Shown in pieces: positions 11,690-23,787 of a stretch of 50,268 nucleotides of DNA. The translations under genes and the position numbers were made by a program. The DNA comes from Chromera velia. Lineage: Eukaryota. The DNA lies in NCBI GenBank assembly GCA_018398765.1, contig JAHBMJ010000335.1, positions 1 through 50,268 of the forward strand. The letters are read 5' to 3'. The stretch's first letter is position 1, and each line of letters opens with the position of its first letter. Under the pieces are notes generated by a model. It was given only the letters and a program-made list of their open reading frames with translations. It was not told the origin of the DNA and ran no database searches.

Positions 11690-13528
11690 CGCTCATCAGA
11701 ACAGTTCTCGCAGTTCACGCCCAGGCTGCAGCACCAGGTTGGGTTGCAGCTGTCGGGGGTCCCTGAGGGGCACGGGATGGGGCCCTGGACTCCGGACACG
11801 TACTCTCCGAGTCCGGTGCAGTCATAGCCATCCCGATTGTTGTAGTTGAGAGCAGACTCGCAGGTGGCTGCCTCGCAGCAGACAGAGGGGTCGTCGAGAC
11901 ACAAGGACGGGAGGCCGAGGGGGCAGGGTCTGGAGCCCTTGCTGCATGCATGGTGCATGATCGAATCGTATGTGCATGTGTTTGTGGTATACGATGACAC
12001 TGGCTCATTGTATAGGCATGTACACCCAGTATGCGCACATTGTACACGGAGGGGGAAAGAGCAGAAAATTCAGGTGGCGTTTGACATCACGAAATGGAGA
12101 TCAAGGGAGGTATGTAGGTAGGTTCGCAAAGATCAGAAAGACACGATATTAATACATACATCTGAAGGGATCGAATAAGGGGGGATGGGCGCAGGCAGAT
12201 TGCAAGGTCCATTCCATGGAGTGAAACGAGAAGGAAGTCACATGCAACTACCGCCAAGAGAAGGGAAAGCGCAAGCATGCAGGAAAAAGAGTGCGCATGT
12301 GCAACAAGGCAGCTTCGCGCATGCAGAAAGGAAGCTTGGCAGGATCGATCCAGAGAATCGAATCAGAAAATTCGACGTAAATACAGTATGTGAATGTAGA
12401 GCAACAAAAACACATATTCTCAACGGCCTCCGGGATGGATTGAGTCAGGGACTGCGGAATGGAAAGCCTGGAGGGACTGCAGTGTGCGTGCGTCGAGGAG
12501 TGAGAGAGTGAGGAATCAAAGGGGGGAAGGGATAAGGGGACTGCATGCATGGACGTGGGGGGAGGGGGGGAGGTGCCGGTGCATTTTCTGTTGAGTGAAA
12601 AAGCGAGTAAGATTCAATAGAATTATGGACATTCGTCGATCTAAGTGCAGACAGACAGACTACATGACATCTTTTTTTCTTTTTTGTTTTTTTTTCAGTC
12701 AGTCAGTCAGTCAGTCGGTCGGTCGGTCGGTCGGTCGGTCAGTCAGTCAGTCAGTCGGTCGGTCGGTCGGTCGGTCGGTCGGTCAGTCGTTCGGTCAGTC
12801 AGTCAGTCAGTCAGTCAGTCAGTCAGTCAGTCAGTCAGTCAAAAAGTCAGTCAGTCAAAAAGTCAGTCAGGCAGACAGACAGACAGACCTCAGTTCCTCA
12901 GGAGGAACAGGCAGTCATGCATGCATGCGTCTCTAGATTCATTCAGAGTTCTCTGCATACAGTCATGCAGCTTTCATGCAGCCGAAGGTTCGTACCTGGA
13001 GGGCAGAAACGCGTTGAACCCGACGAGATCAGTGCAGGGGATTCCCGCCGGCGAGACTTCATTGGCTGACGCGCAGGTGGCGGGCGAGCAGCAGACGGTC
13101 GTATCGCCCACACAGCCCTCAGGAAGGCCCCCGGGGCACACTCTGGTTTGTATCTGGACGTCGGTCAATCCCTCAGCTCCGCAGTTGAACTCCCCTCCCA
13201 CCAGGTTAGCCGAACTCATGCACGTGGCTGGCTGGCAGCATACCTGCATTCATGCATGCATGCATTGATTCTGAGCGTGCATTTAAAAACGCTCTGATCA
13301 TTATGGTTGCTCACTGTGTATATTTAGTCTGGGCGCGGCCTCGCAGCTTACCGAGTGGACAGTTTTGGGAAAAAACATTGGTGGGAGTAAAGAGAGACCC
13401 AGATTAGAAAGGCCGACAAAGAAAGTTCACAGATCGACGGACGGACAGTTCAACGTTCAGACAGACGCCTCCACAATCAAGTAGCCAGCCAGACAGACAG
13501 ACGGGCAGACAGAGAGACAGACAGACAA

Positions 13529-13562
<34 letters not shown>

Positions 13563-15390
13563 GGACAGACAGACCATTCGTTTCTTCTTCTCCCTTCTTT
13601 TCTTCATGTGCATAACACACAGGCAGGCACGCAGGCAGGCAGACAGACAGACAGACAGACAGATGGATGGACGGGCCACACAGATCTCTGACAGGCAGAC
13701 AATTAAATGAAGAAGCGCACTGAAAGGCCCACCACTGTTGTTGTACGTACAGTAAGGCACGCAGGAGGACAGGCAGGTAGACTTTGGGATCGCCTAGGCA
13801 ACCGCTGGCAGCGCCTCCCGGGCACGGGACGTCGCTCCTTATGAACTCGTTGAAGTCGACAAATCCCGCGTCCGAGCATCCAAACTCCCCGCCCCCCTCA
13901 GCGACAGAGAAACAAGTTGCGGGCTCACAGCAGACGGAGAGGTCGTTCAGGCAACCCGCAGCGGTTCCCCCAGGACAGAACTTGCCGGCCTTCAAATCGG
14001 CATCAAAGTTGTTCAGGCCCGCAAGCACACACACGTAGCCATCCAACGGCGCGGCACTCAGGCAAGTCGCCGGCTCGCAGCAGACGGTCAGGTCGTTCAG
14101 GCAGCCGTCAGCAATGCCTTCCGGACAGATCACGCCGCCCTTCAGAGTTCGCTGAAAGTCATTCAACCCCGCAGACGCACAGGGGAATCCGTCACTCGGG
14201 AGGGCACTCTCACAAGTCGCGGGCTCGCAACAGACGGTCAGATCCCCCCTGCAGCCCGACGCCAGCCCACCGGGACACGGAACAGACCCTCTCTTGGTCG
14301 CATCATAGTTGTTCAGGCCGAGGGACGTACAATCGTAGCTGTTACCACCAGTCAGCAGGACGCTGGCGCAGGTCGCAGGCTCACAGCAGACTGCAGGTAG
14401 AGAAGTCGCAGAAGCGGTTGAAAGGCACTCAAAATGATTGACATGAGAGGTCACATATCGGTATATGAATGTGAATGGAAAAAGTTCGTTCATTTTTCGA
14501 GAGACTTTGCTACATGATGCATTGAGTGACTCAACAGGCGCTCAAGCAGCCTTTTACCATTTTCTTTGGGTCTTCGTAGGCGCACCGAGCCATGCAAATG
14601 AGTACCAAGGAAATCAAATACCCTTCATTGTGCCGACTCCAACCTGCCTATATATATACCTGTCAGGTCGCCGGTGCATCCTTCCTCAACACCCTCTGGG
14701 CACAGATTGTCGCCTTTGATGATGGGATCGTAGTCGTTCAGACCTGCACGCAAGACAAAGAGCAGAGGGTCCAGACGAGTCCCTCACCAACTGCGCAGGT
14801 TTCTGAAGAAGACCTTTTGTACAAAAGGTTGCAGGGGCAACCACGAAACGTTGTTCGCACATGCTAGCCCGCACAAAGCCATCAGAAGTCTCTGACCACT
14901 TTCCAAAATGATGACAAGCACTGCCGGTTTCTAGAGTCCCTGGTACGTCAAGTCACGCAAGTAAACGAATGCATGCATGTATGCTGATACAGAGCGATTT
15001 CAATCAGTTTCCATGTGTCTTGCCTTCAGTGACGCATCCGTAGCCTTCAGGAGGCAGAGAAGAAGCGCACGTGGCTGCCCCGCAGCAAAACTCTTGAGTG
15101 CAGGCTTCCAGGACCTGCATTTTCTCTTCTTTCCCCGAAGGAATCTGGTAGCCTTCGGGAATGCAGGCAAGCCAGTTCTTCCGAGCTCCGAGGCCTGAAC
15201 AGTCGATGTCTGCAGTCTGACAGGTTGGGAGGTCCCTGTTCTTTGTGGGTTTCGACTTTGGCGCATTGTGGTTAGGGACCTTGAAGAGGCCAGCGCCATC
15301 AAAAAGCTCATCGAAGTTCATCTTGAATCTGTCGGATGCGCCAAGAGCGGTTGCAGCCAGGAGAGAGAGAGAAATACACAGCTTGGCCAT
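11690..15390 (-). CDS. Secreted cysteine-rich protein with about seven ~50-aa six-Cys repeats (CCxxATC); 3' exons unresolved
   Basis: Signal peptide MAKLCISLSLLAATALG. Phase-compatible exons 15390-15024, 14743-14660, 14390-13783, 13243-12996 and 11941-~11690; the repeat register is preserved across all junctions. A terminal exon near 10605-10455 is possible but unproven. Confidence 0.85.
12696..12888. repeat. Intronic tetranucleotide array (GTCA)n/(GTCG)n followed by (CAGA)n
   Basis: Directly visible. Confidence 0.95.
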
Positions 15391-15641
15391 TGTGTCCCAA
15401 GATTCTAACAGCTCAACACGTTTGCCTGCAGGCGGAGCGGAAGACAAAAGTTTTGGAGGCTCAGAAGCTCCCAATGGTAATGATAACTGTGGAGGATACT
15501 GCAGACGCGTGCGCAGGTGGAATGGAGACCTGACGCTTTCAAAAGAAGCCGTGACATCATCATGCAATTCAATCAATTCAATCATGATGTTGAATGTACG
15601 TTGCAAGCAGATACGTTGCATGCAGAATGAGTTCGCCCATA

Positions 15642-17015
15642 CCCTGGACATTAATTTGTGTGCATTTTTATAAAAACTAAGTTATAGATGCATTCAACTT
15701 TAAAGAAATCTGGTCCTGGAGAAAATTTACTTTTCAAATCATTTACTGTCATTTAACATTGACATGAAACTTTTCTTTCCTTGCAATTTGCGATACAAAG
15801 TCTGATTTCTCTGTTCTCTCCCTGGGTGCACCGCTCATCTCCAAAGTAAGGGGGGTGTGCGAGGTTTGCACGACAGATTTCACACTGCGTGACAGGGCGA
15901 TGGGCCGGCCTAGAAGGCTCAGTCTCAGCGGAAAGAAGCATTCTATTGCATCTCCGGACTCCCCCAGTGGACCCCCACAGACTCTAAAGGGGCCTTCGCA
16001 TTTAAAACACAGGGCTTTTACGTGCAACCATAAGAGTTTCAGCTCTCCCATCCACACACCTTGCTCATCTATCAAGAGATCCCTCCATTCAGGACCCCAG
16101 ACTCGAAGAAGGGTTTCCACTGTGTGTAGTTCTGTCTCCCCGCTGTGAAGCTTGCTGAAAAAAGATCCTTTCACTGGCGTGTGCTTTAACTGAGGCCGTG
16201 CTTTGATCACTATTCCCTCACTCCAGAGAGCAGCTATCAATCCAAGTGCCCAATCCGTTTCTGCCTTCAACTCTGCTTCCTCTGTCTTAACAACATCCAC
16301 CACATAGAGACGAACTGTCTCTCTCTTCATGCATTTTACCCAATCTGTCCCCCATTCTGCAGAGAAATAAAATTTAAAATTGTGTCAATCGGGAATCCCC
16401 CACACGCGATGCTCAGCAATCGTGTAAGCCCTCTTCTCCCCATCTCGGGGGCCCGCTTTCTGCAACCCTGCCCACACTCTGAAAGTCCCCTCGTCAGTGG
16501 TGCCTGTAATGACATACGGCACAAAGTCTCCCGCTTTCACTTTCCTACAAGCAAACTTCTCATTTCTCTCTTCTAACACTTGCACAAGAAGTGCTCTGTC
16601 TATCCACACAGCCTCTGCTTCCTTTTGAATCGACCTCCAGATCTCAATTAACAAAGGAGGAAGTGTGCACATTGTTGCTTACAGGCGGCGAAGCCGCAAT
16701 CCCCCCTGCCCAGCTTCAGGGCGGCCGTAAAAGAAAAAAATTGGCTCCTTTAGGGCTCTAAAGCTCGGGATCTGCCGGATAAGTCTTTTAAATAGGGGTT
16801 TGGACTTTTATTTTTCTTCTTAACCTCTCTCACTGACAGTAGAGATCACAACAGGAGTGTGAAAAAAAGACCTCAGTGGAGACGGCATGTAATGATCAGA
16901 TGTATGCATGCAATCTTCATCGCATGTATGTGGCATCTGTATCGGTAGACGGGCATCAATGCGCGGTGCTCCGGCGGCGTAGCCCAGAAAAGGGCCCACA
17001 AATTAATGTCCAGGG
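15642..17015. mobile_element. Non-autonomous TIR DNA transposon with TA target-site duplication
   Basis: Perfect 19-bp inverted repeats CCCTGGACATTAATTTGTG at 15642-15660 and 16997-17015, extending imperfectly inward. Flanked by TA at 15640-15641 and 17016-17017; the empty site would be CATATG. Confidence 0.75.
15749..16672 (-). pseudogene. Intronless ~307-codon cargo ORF inside the TIR element, with one in-frame TGA; no recognisable transposase motif
   Basis: ORFs 16385-16672 and 15749-16330 share a frame and are joined by an open stretch HNFKFYFSAEWGTDWVKC after the TGA at 16387-16385. Confidence 0.55.
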
Positions 17016-18335
17016 TATGCGCATACATGCAGGATGTCTCATGCATGCATGCACTGCATGCAGCATACAGCGTCCGAATGCGTCCGACATGCGTCCGACC
17101 GGCTATCGGGCCGCGCGGCGCGGCGCGGTCCAACGCCGCGGACCGATGGCGGAACCGCAGAGGCGACTGTGAAAAAAAAAAACTATGATGATGAGGCGAC
17201 ATCAAATCAGTTTGTTGTGTAAAATGAACCGAATGGATTTAATATTAGTTTGTTGTGTTCTCAGTTTCAAAGCTTTTGTTGTTACAATTTGTGTGACATA
17301 TTGTCTGAGAGCAGTTATCTTTCCGACTTACCAAATTTCAACTCATTCATACATAGAAAAAGGAAGGAGTCCTTCCATGGGAATATAATCGATCGATCGA
17401 TTCATCCCGCTAGATGTATGGTTTTTAGTTGGCTCCTGAGCTTTACTGAGCCTATCAATTTCGAGTGCCGAACGAAACCACCAACAGTATAAGCCTTTTC
17501 CAGGCAGTGAACCGCGGGGGGCACCTGGAACATAAATTCTATCTTATCGTATGTCCTTTTTAATTTTAATCTTCCTTAAAATTACTTAAAATAGAATTTT
17601 CAGTATACATCAGTATTCAGTAATTGTAAGTTAGAGTTGAGGTAGGTACATACACTTCAAATGCACTGGATATGCGAAAGAGGCTGATTATACCTCTGAG
17701 ACTCTAAATAATACAGACTAAAAAAGATTCAAATCTAATTTTAAGACCACGTATTTCGTTTATTTCCGCTCGCTATAGTCTACAAAATTCGGACAAAACA
17801 TATTTTTATACATTTTAGCCGGTTATTTAGGTTGAATATTATGGTCTATAATGCAGCTTTGCGCTTCAGGATAGACAGGATGACGGCGAAATGAACAGCC
17901 CGGTGTAGTCCGGTGCATAACTAGATAGATAGATAAGAGGCAACCCGAGGCGGGAAAGCAGGTAGACGTATGTAAACAGACAGATCGGACGGGCGGGAAC
18001 TGCAGGCGCAAACAAGAACTGCTACATAACCACTCACTCACCCACCCATTCATCTACTCATCCATCCATCTATCCGTCCATCCATCTAGTCGCACCCATC
18101 TCTCTATCCACCTACCTTTCGATCAGTTGTGCAATGACAGCGAACAAGCGTAGGGCCGACTAGCTGACTGACTGATTGGCTGGCGGGCCTGCTGGTGTGT
18201 GAGTGAGTGAGTATCTCACTGAGTCAGTGAATCGGTGAATAAGTGAGCAAGAGACCATGAAATTGAGTGGGCGAGTGATTCAGCAAATAGGAAAATGAGT
18301 CAGTGAAGCAAGAAAGGAGTCCGTAGATGAGTGCA

Positions 18336-18352
18336 TCACTCACTCACTCACT

Positions 18353-18417
<65 letters not shown>

Positions 18418-18692
18418 CTCTCTACAGGTTTAACAAAAACAACTTTCCAAAGATCCATTCAATTTGTCGAAAGCCTCATATTCTATGGATGAAATGTGTA
18501 TTTAGAAAACTTGAGGGAGGAGTCGGTTGGCTCAGTCAGGTGTAAAACTGCATTTTGGTTTTCTTTTCAAAGAAACTCCATTTGTCGAGGAGTCGAAGTT
18601 TTGACTGTCGAACACACCCCTTTCCATTTTCTTTCGCAGTCGCATCGCTGCTTCGGGAGACCTCCCCCAACGGCTCGTAGGACTTCTGCAGG

Positions 18693-18741
<49 letters not shown>

Positions 18742-19057
18742 ACACACACACATTCACTCATTCATTCATTCATTCATTCACTAACATACATATGTGGGTG
18801 TGTGCGCTTTCCGTAAAAAGGCTGATGACATGCAAGCATGCATCAACATCCTCTTCAAAAGCACGTGTGATAGCACATCAGCAGGTCTGATCTTGATCTG
18901 TCGATGCACACGATCCATCGATCGATGACTTCGCAGACGGATCGAGATGCTTCTGTTGGAATATCTACAGTGAGTACTGATCGAGTCTGTCAGTCAGTAA
19001 GCAGCGTGTCAGTCAGTCTTCTTTCTTTCTTTCTTTCTTTCTTTTTTTTTTCTTTTT

Positions 19058-19093
<36 letters not shown>

Positions 19094-19137
19094 TTTTTCT
19101 TTCTTTCTTTGTTTCTTTCTTTGTTTGTTTCTTTCTT

Positions 19138-19190
<53 letters not shown>

Positions 19191-19195
19191 CTTTC
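18336..19195. repeat. Cluster of microsatellites: (CACT)n/(CA)n at 18336-18415, (CA)n(GA)n(CA)n(CATT)n at 18692-18781, (CTTT)n(CT)n at 19018-19195
   Basis: Directly visible. Confidence 0.9.
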
Positions 19196-22100
19196 ACGAG
19201 TCGAGGAAGGAACCCGCTAGCTAGATAGCTCGATATGCCTCATGAAAGAAAATACGCCCTCCCTTCCTTGATCCCTCTCTACCCCCCAGATATCCCTCAG
19301 AGGAAGGACTCTTCACGACTCGCGATTGACGGCTTGATTTTTCTTCCTCTTGACGGCGTGCAGAAAAAAAAAAAAAACGCACACCTTGAATCGAACCGAA
19401 CAGCAGCAGTAAGGAAGGAAGGAACACCCGCATGTAAACGACGAGTCCGAGAATGCACAGGAACACACCAGAAACAGACTGAAGGAAGATCAACAAACCT
19501 TTTGTTGGCCAGTGCACCACCAGACTCCTCCTCTCCCCCGCCACAGATCGGACGAGGCGCTGCCTCTGCAGACTTTCCGCTTTGTCGGTACGCCCTCACT
19601 CCTTCATTCACAAACTTCCTCAAGAGATTTTGCCTTTCGAGAGACTCGTTGGCTTCCTGCAGGATCACATGCCAGCAAGAATATGATTCCAGAAGATCGC
19701 ATGAAAACTGTTTTTCCTTACAGAAGATTCTGCCTTTCGGAGACTCAGAAGCCTCCTGCAAGACTACAAGCCAGACAGAGTAAAGGGTGGGTGAAGACAG
19801 TTGGAACGACTTTCTCCCAACACAAACACACATATACAAAGAAATGCGCGCGTACTGTGAGACCTGCTGACGACTCGTTTGCTGCTGACATTTCTTTCAG
19901 TCCCCCTGCTTTTCTGTTTTTTCCGTCCTTCGTCATTTCCCTAAATCTCTTCTTCCTTCCTTCCTTCCTTCCTTCCTTCCTTCGTTCCTCCCGTTACTTT
20001 TTCGGTTCATCCGTCTACCCCCTCGTCTGTCCTCTTCTCCCCAGCACTTTCTTAGCCTCTCCAGAGAGGATTGGAAATGTCTATTTGTCCCTCACTTTTT
20101 TTCTCTGTCTGTCTATATGTATGTCTCCGCAGGAAGAGCCGACCTTTTCCATCCCTGCTTGGCGATAGGCAAACTCCTGAAGGAGCAATGCAGGAAAGTT
20201 CAAAAAGTCACTCTCGTTCTTGTCGTCCTCTCCGATCGCAGAGCAGGCGGACGGAGGCGAAGAAGAATTCCTGAAGATGACTCTTTCAACTGCTGTAGAA
20301 AATGCCCGGTGCACGAGAGGGAAGGCGGTCTCTTTTTCGGACTCCAAACCGTCGCCTCTTTCCGTGTCCTGGGAGCAGCCTCCTTGCCTCTCTTGAGAAG
20401 GGGAGGTGCGCACACAGGCAAATGCAAAGGCATCAACACGCAGCGCTGCTGTGCAGTCCTCGGCAGTCTGCAGAGATTCGTTCATTTATCTCATTCTTTC
20501 ATTTTTTCATAGACTCTGTCGCTCACGTTTCCTTTCATGTACGCACAAGCACGGACACAATCACACACGACACATATATGAACTCAGAAGCGCGGCTGGG
20601 AGGGGAAATCTGACCACGCTGGTATGAGGACAGTCAGGGAAGCATGTGGGTGTGTTTAATGAAGAAACAAAAGCAGACAAGTATCCGGAACGAAAACGGG
20701 CAGACATACTCAACATGAGGACTAGAGGGAGGAGCGTTCTAACCGAAGATTTATGTTGAAAAAGAAAATGCAGCGAGAGCGGGGATGGAAATGGGGAAGG
20801 GTGCAACGGGGTAATGAAGTTTCCTGACCGATCTCCAAAGAAACTGCCGAACTATCTCAGATGGATCCCCCCCTTCCTCAGTGATTCCTTTCATCTCTAT
20901 AGCGTCAGAGTCCTCCACTCTCTCTCCTTGATTGCCCCCTGCCTCCCACATTGCCTCTCGAACGGCTGGGTTGAGGTCTGCTGGCGGAAGGGAAGCAAGG
21001 AGGGAAGTGGCAAGCGCCCTCCAGAGAAGAACGGAGGCCACAGCTTCGACGCTCTCAAGGGCGCTCCAGGGAAGGAGAGAGGAGATCGCACAGACTGCTG
21101 AGGAGAGAGAAGTGAGACGGGATGACTGAGGGCATTCCTCTCTGCCGTTCATTATCTGTTGGTCAAAGAAAGCACTGCAGTCATCTTTGTCGGGATGACC
21201 CTCTTCCGTGTTACCAAAGAACGGAGGTCCACCGAGCGAAGGCTCTTGCACCTTAAGTGCGCTCCCCTTAAATTCTCTTCGGGAAACCGAAGAGGCATGC
21301 AGGGAGAAGACAGACGATGCAGCCCTGCAGAAGGCAACAAGTCCTTGCTGTAGCCAAACAAGGGCTTCGTCTTCTCCAGAGAGTCCAGGGACTATTCGGG
21401 AAGAGGCTGTGCCTTCACACACCCCTCCACAGATAAATGACATGGGGCATTCGCAGAGACAGGAGGCAGCCGAAGTTGGCCGAAGAGCGGAAGAAGGGGG
21501 GAAGAGGAGTCGAGGAGAAATCTGGTGTGAAGCTCTGGGCTTGTTGGCTTCACTGTCACTTTCAGGAGAAATGCCGAAATTGGTATATCCCTCTTTGCCG
21601 TCTCGCACTTCCTCTCCCTCTCTCTCCCCACATGTTCCCTCTCTGTTCTGCTGAAAGCCGGAGAGAGACTCGTCAGCTGCTGCTGCTGAGAGAAGGCAGG
21701 ACAGCCCGTCGAGACATAAGAGGCCGAAAGAGACACGTGCAGCATCTGCAGGAAGGTGAGGGAGAGCAGGGGAAGAGGGACTCATGTGCTGGGGGACCGT
21801 TGTCAACCGTCTCTTTCTGTGTGTGCATGCATCCGAGTGCAAGCGCGCGTGTGGATGCAGATGGGCGAATGTGAGTTTGTGTGTGTGGGGCTTCCTATTC
21901 GACCCAGAGTCCCCAACATCATCGTGCCAGCCAGCATGGAGAAACAAAAACAAAACATCGACCCCCCCCCCAATCGGTGGATGCATTTTCTGTCTGTCTC
22001 TGTCTCTCCCTTTCTAAAACCCCCTCTCCATTTCTGCCCGCACTGACAGGATTTCTGGAGTTCTTCTCGAGCGCCTCGTGTCCTGTCTCTGCCTGTGCCG

Positions 22101-23040
22101 TCTCGCTCTCTTCTCTGAATTCCCTCTCCACCCCCAAAACACAAACCACCACCCCCTTTCCGGTCGTCAATCAAAGGAGCCAACGGTCGCCACACAGCCA
22201 GGATGCCCTCCAGTCTAGCTTCTGCCTCTTCAGACACCCCAACCTGCTCTTCCTTTGAATCTCTCCTCCCATCCCCTCTCTTCATGGAGGCACTGAGAGA
22301 GAGGGCCGCAACAGCCCGCACATGCAGAGCTTGAGATTCCCTTTGAAGAAGCATGAGGGGCCTCCACAGCTCTCCCTCGCGTGTCCGAAAGAGGGCATCT
22401 TCACAGACCATGCCTGCTGCTGCGGAGAGCTCTGAGGATTCTCTCAATGCCCCCGCCCGAAAGAGCGCCGAGCTGGCGGAGAAGAGGGTAAACGCATGCC
22501 GTAGCCTCCCTTTGAGAGAGGAATCTGGGAGGGTCTCTACGATACCCCCAGACAGATTTTGTGGGGATGTCTCTAAGTCTCCCTGCCCTTCTGATTCCTT
22601 GTCTCTCTTTACCCGCCTGAACCGCAGAAAAATCTTTCTGGCCTCGTGCTCTGCCCTCCGCAGCAGTTGTTGCTGCGCCCTAGAGGCACTACCGGTGCAT
22701 CTGTGTGGGGTACGGGCTCTTCTACTAGGCTTCACGTGGAGGAGGGAAGAGGCATGTGCTTCGAGCAGTACTGACAGGGCGGAAGTGAATGAAGGGGAAC
22801 CGGGGTGTGTCCTCTTTCTCTCTGTGTCAACCTGTCCCTTTGTGTCTCCTGCTTGAGACCCGCAGAGGGAAGCGGAAGAAAGAAAGGCATTACCAAAAGA
22901 TGCCATCGGCCGGAAGAGGGGCATCGCGCACGTCAAATACCTCCGTCTCCGTCTCCTGTTCCCGTTACATTCGGAATAGGGTTCCTTCAGGGGTGAGGTT
23001 GGGGACTCTCGGGGGTCGGCTGTCACGAGAGACAAAGACC
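18530..23040 (-). CDS. Multi-exon hypothetical protein, low complexity, no recognisable domain; exon structure not resolved
   Basis: Long open segments (21803-23035, 20751-21986, 20081-20485, 19297-19839) with minus-strand YAG acceptors near 23040, 21747, 20466 and 18687, separated by microsatellite-rich introns. Confidence 0.5.
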
Positions 23041-23787
23041 TGAGGGGTGTAGACGGCCAGCACCCGATTTTGCTTCCATGAGTTGCTGTCTTGGGCCCTG
23101 CAACTCATAGATGCATTTAATGTCTGATGCAGCCGCACTCAACAAAATGTTTTTTTGAAGAAGATAGTTGGGACTGATCTGGGGTGAGGGACAGACGGAC
23201 TGACCAAGGAAGTGAGAAAGCATGAAAGCATCCCCGAAGAGGTCGAGGAGACGGCATGCACAACAATTAATTAACGAAGAAACTGGCAGAAATCGAGAGG
23301 GAAATCAAGCCCAACACACATTTGCACTTTTCAAGCCTCGCTCCTCTGGTATGCATGATCTTCTCGTGAACAGATGGTTGACAGGCGAAACATCTTTGGG
23401 TCGTGGCTCCGACGTTGGATTCACACGGTTGGAATCCACAGTGGGATGGATTTTGACATGCAGTACGTTGAATCCAAGACTGTTCTGCGGCGGGCGGCGC
23501 GCCATGCACATGGACCTCGACAGCCGCGGCAGGCCGGCCCCGCGCACGCAACGCAAGATGCACCCCGTTCACAAAAATCGGCTCATGCAGTCTCAGTCGA
23601 TCTGCTGTGTGACGGGATCGACTCGGCAATTTGACCGACAACATGCAATTAAGTCGATCGACACGGAATGCATGTATAGGACCAAGCGTGACATTCCACT
23701 GGAAAGTTGGTAAGCTTCGATTGTGGAGTGTGTTTCTATCTCGGGGCGTCTCAAAACCGTGCAGAGGTTGCAACACTGGATTCAAGT

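Noticed and set aside
12595..13268. ORFs rich in SQSV/GRSV, and similar THTH, ERER, FLPS ORFs elsewhere
   Set aside because: Translations of intronic microsatellites.
17898..17924. Possible Helitron 3' end (GCCCGG..CCGGTGC hairpin then CTAG)
   Set aside because: The hairpin is imperfect, CTAG is followed by A rather than T, and no 5' end or Rep/helicase remnant was found.
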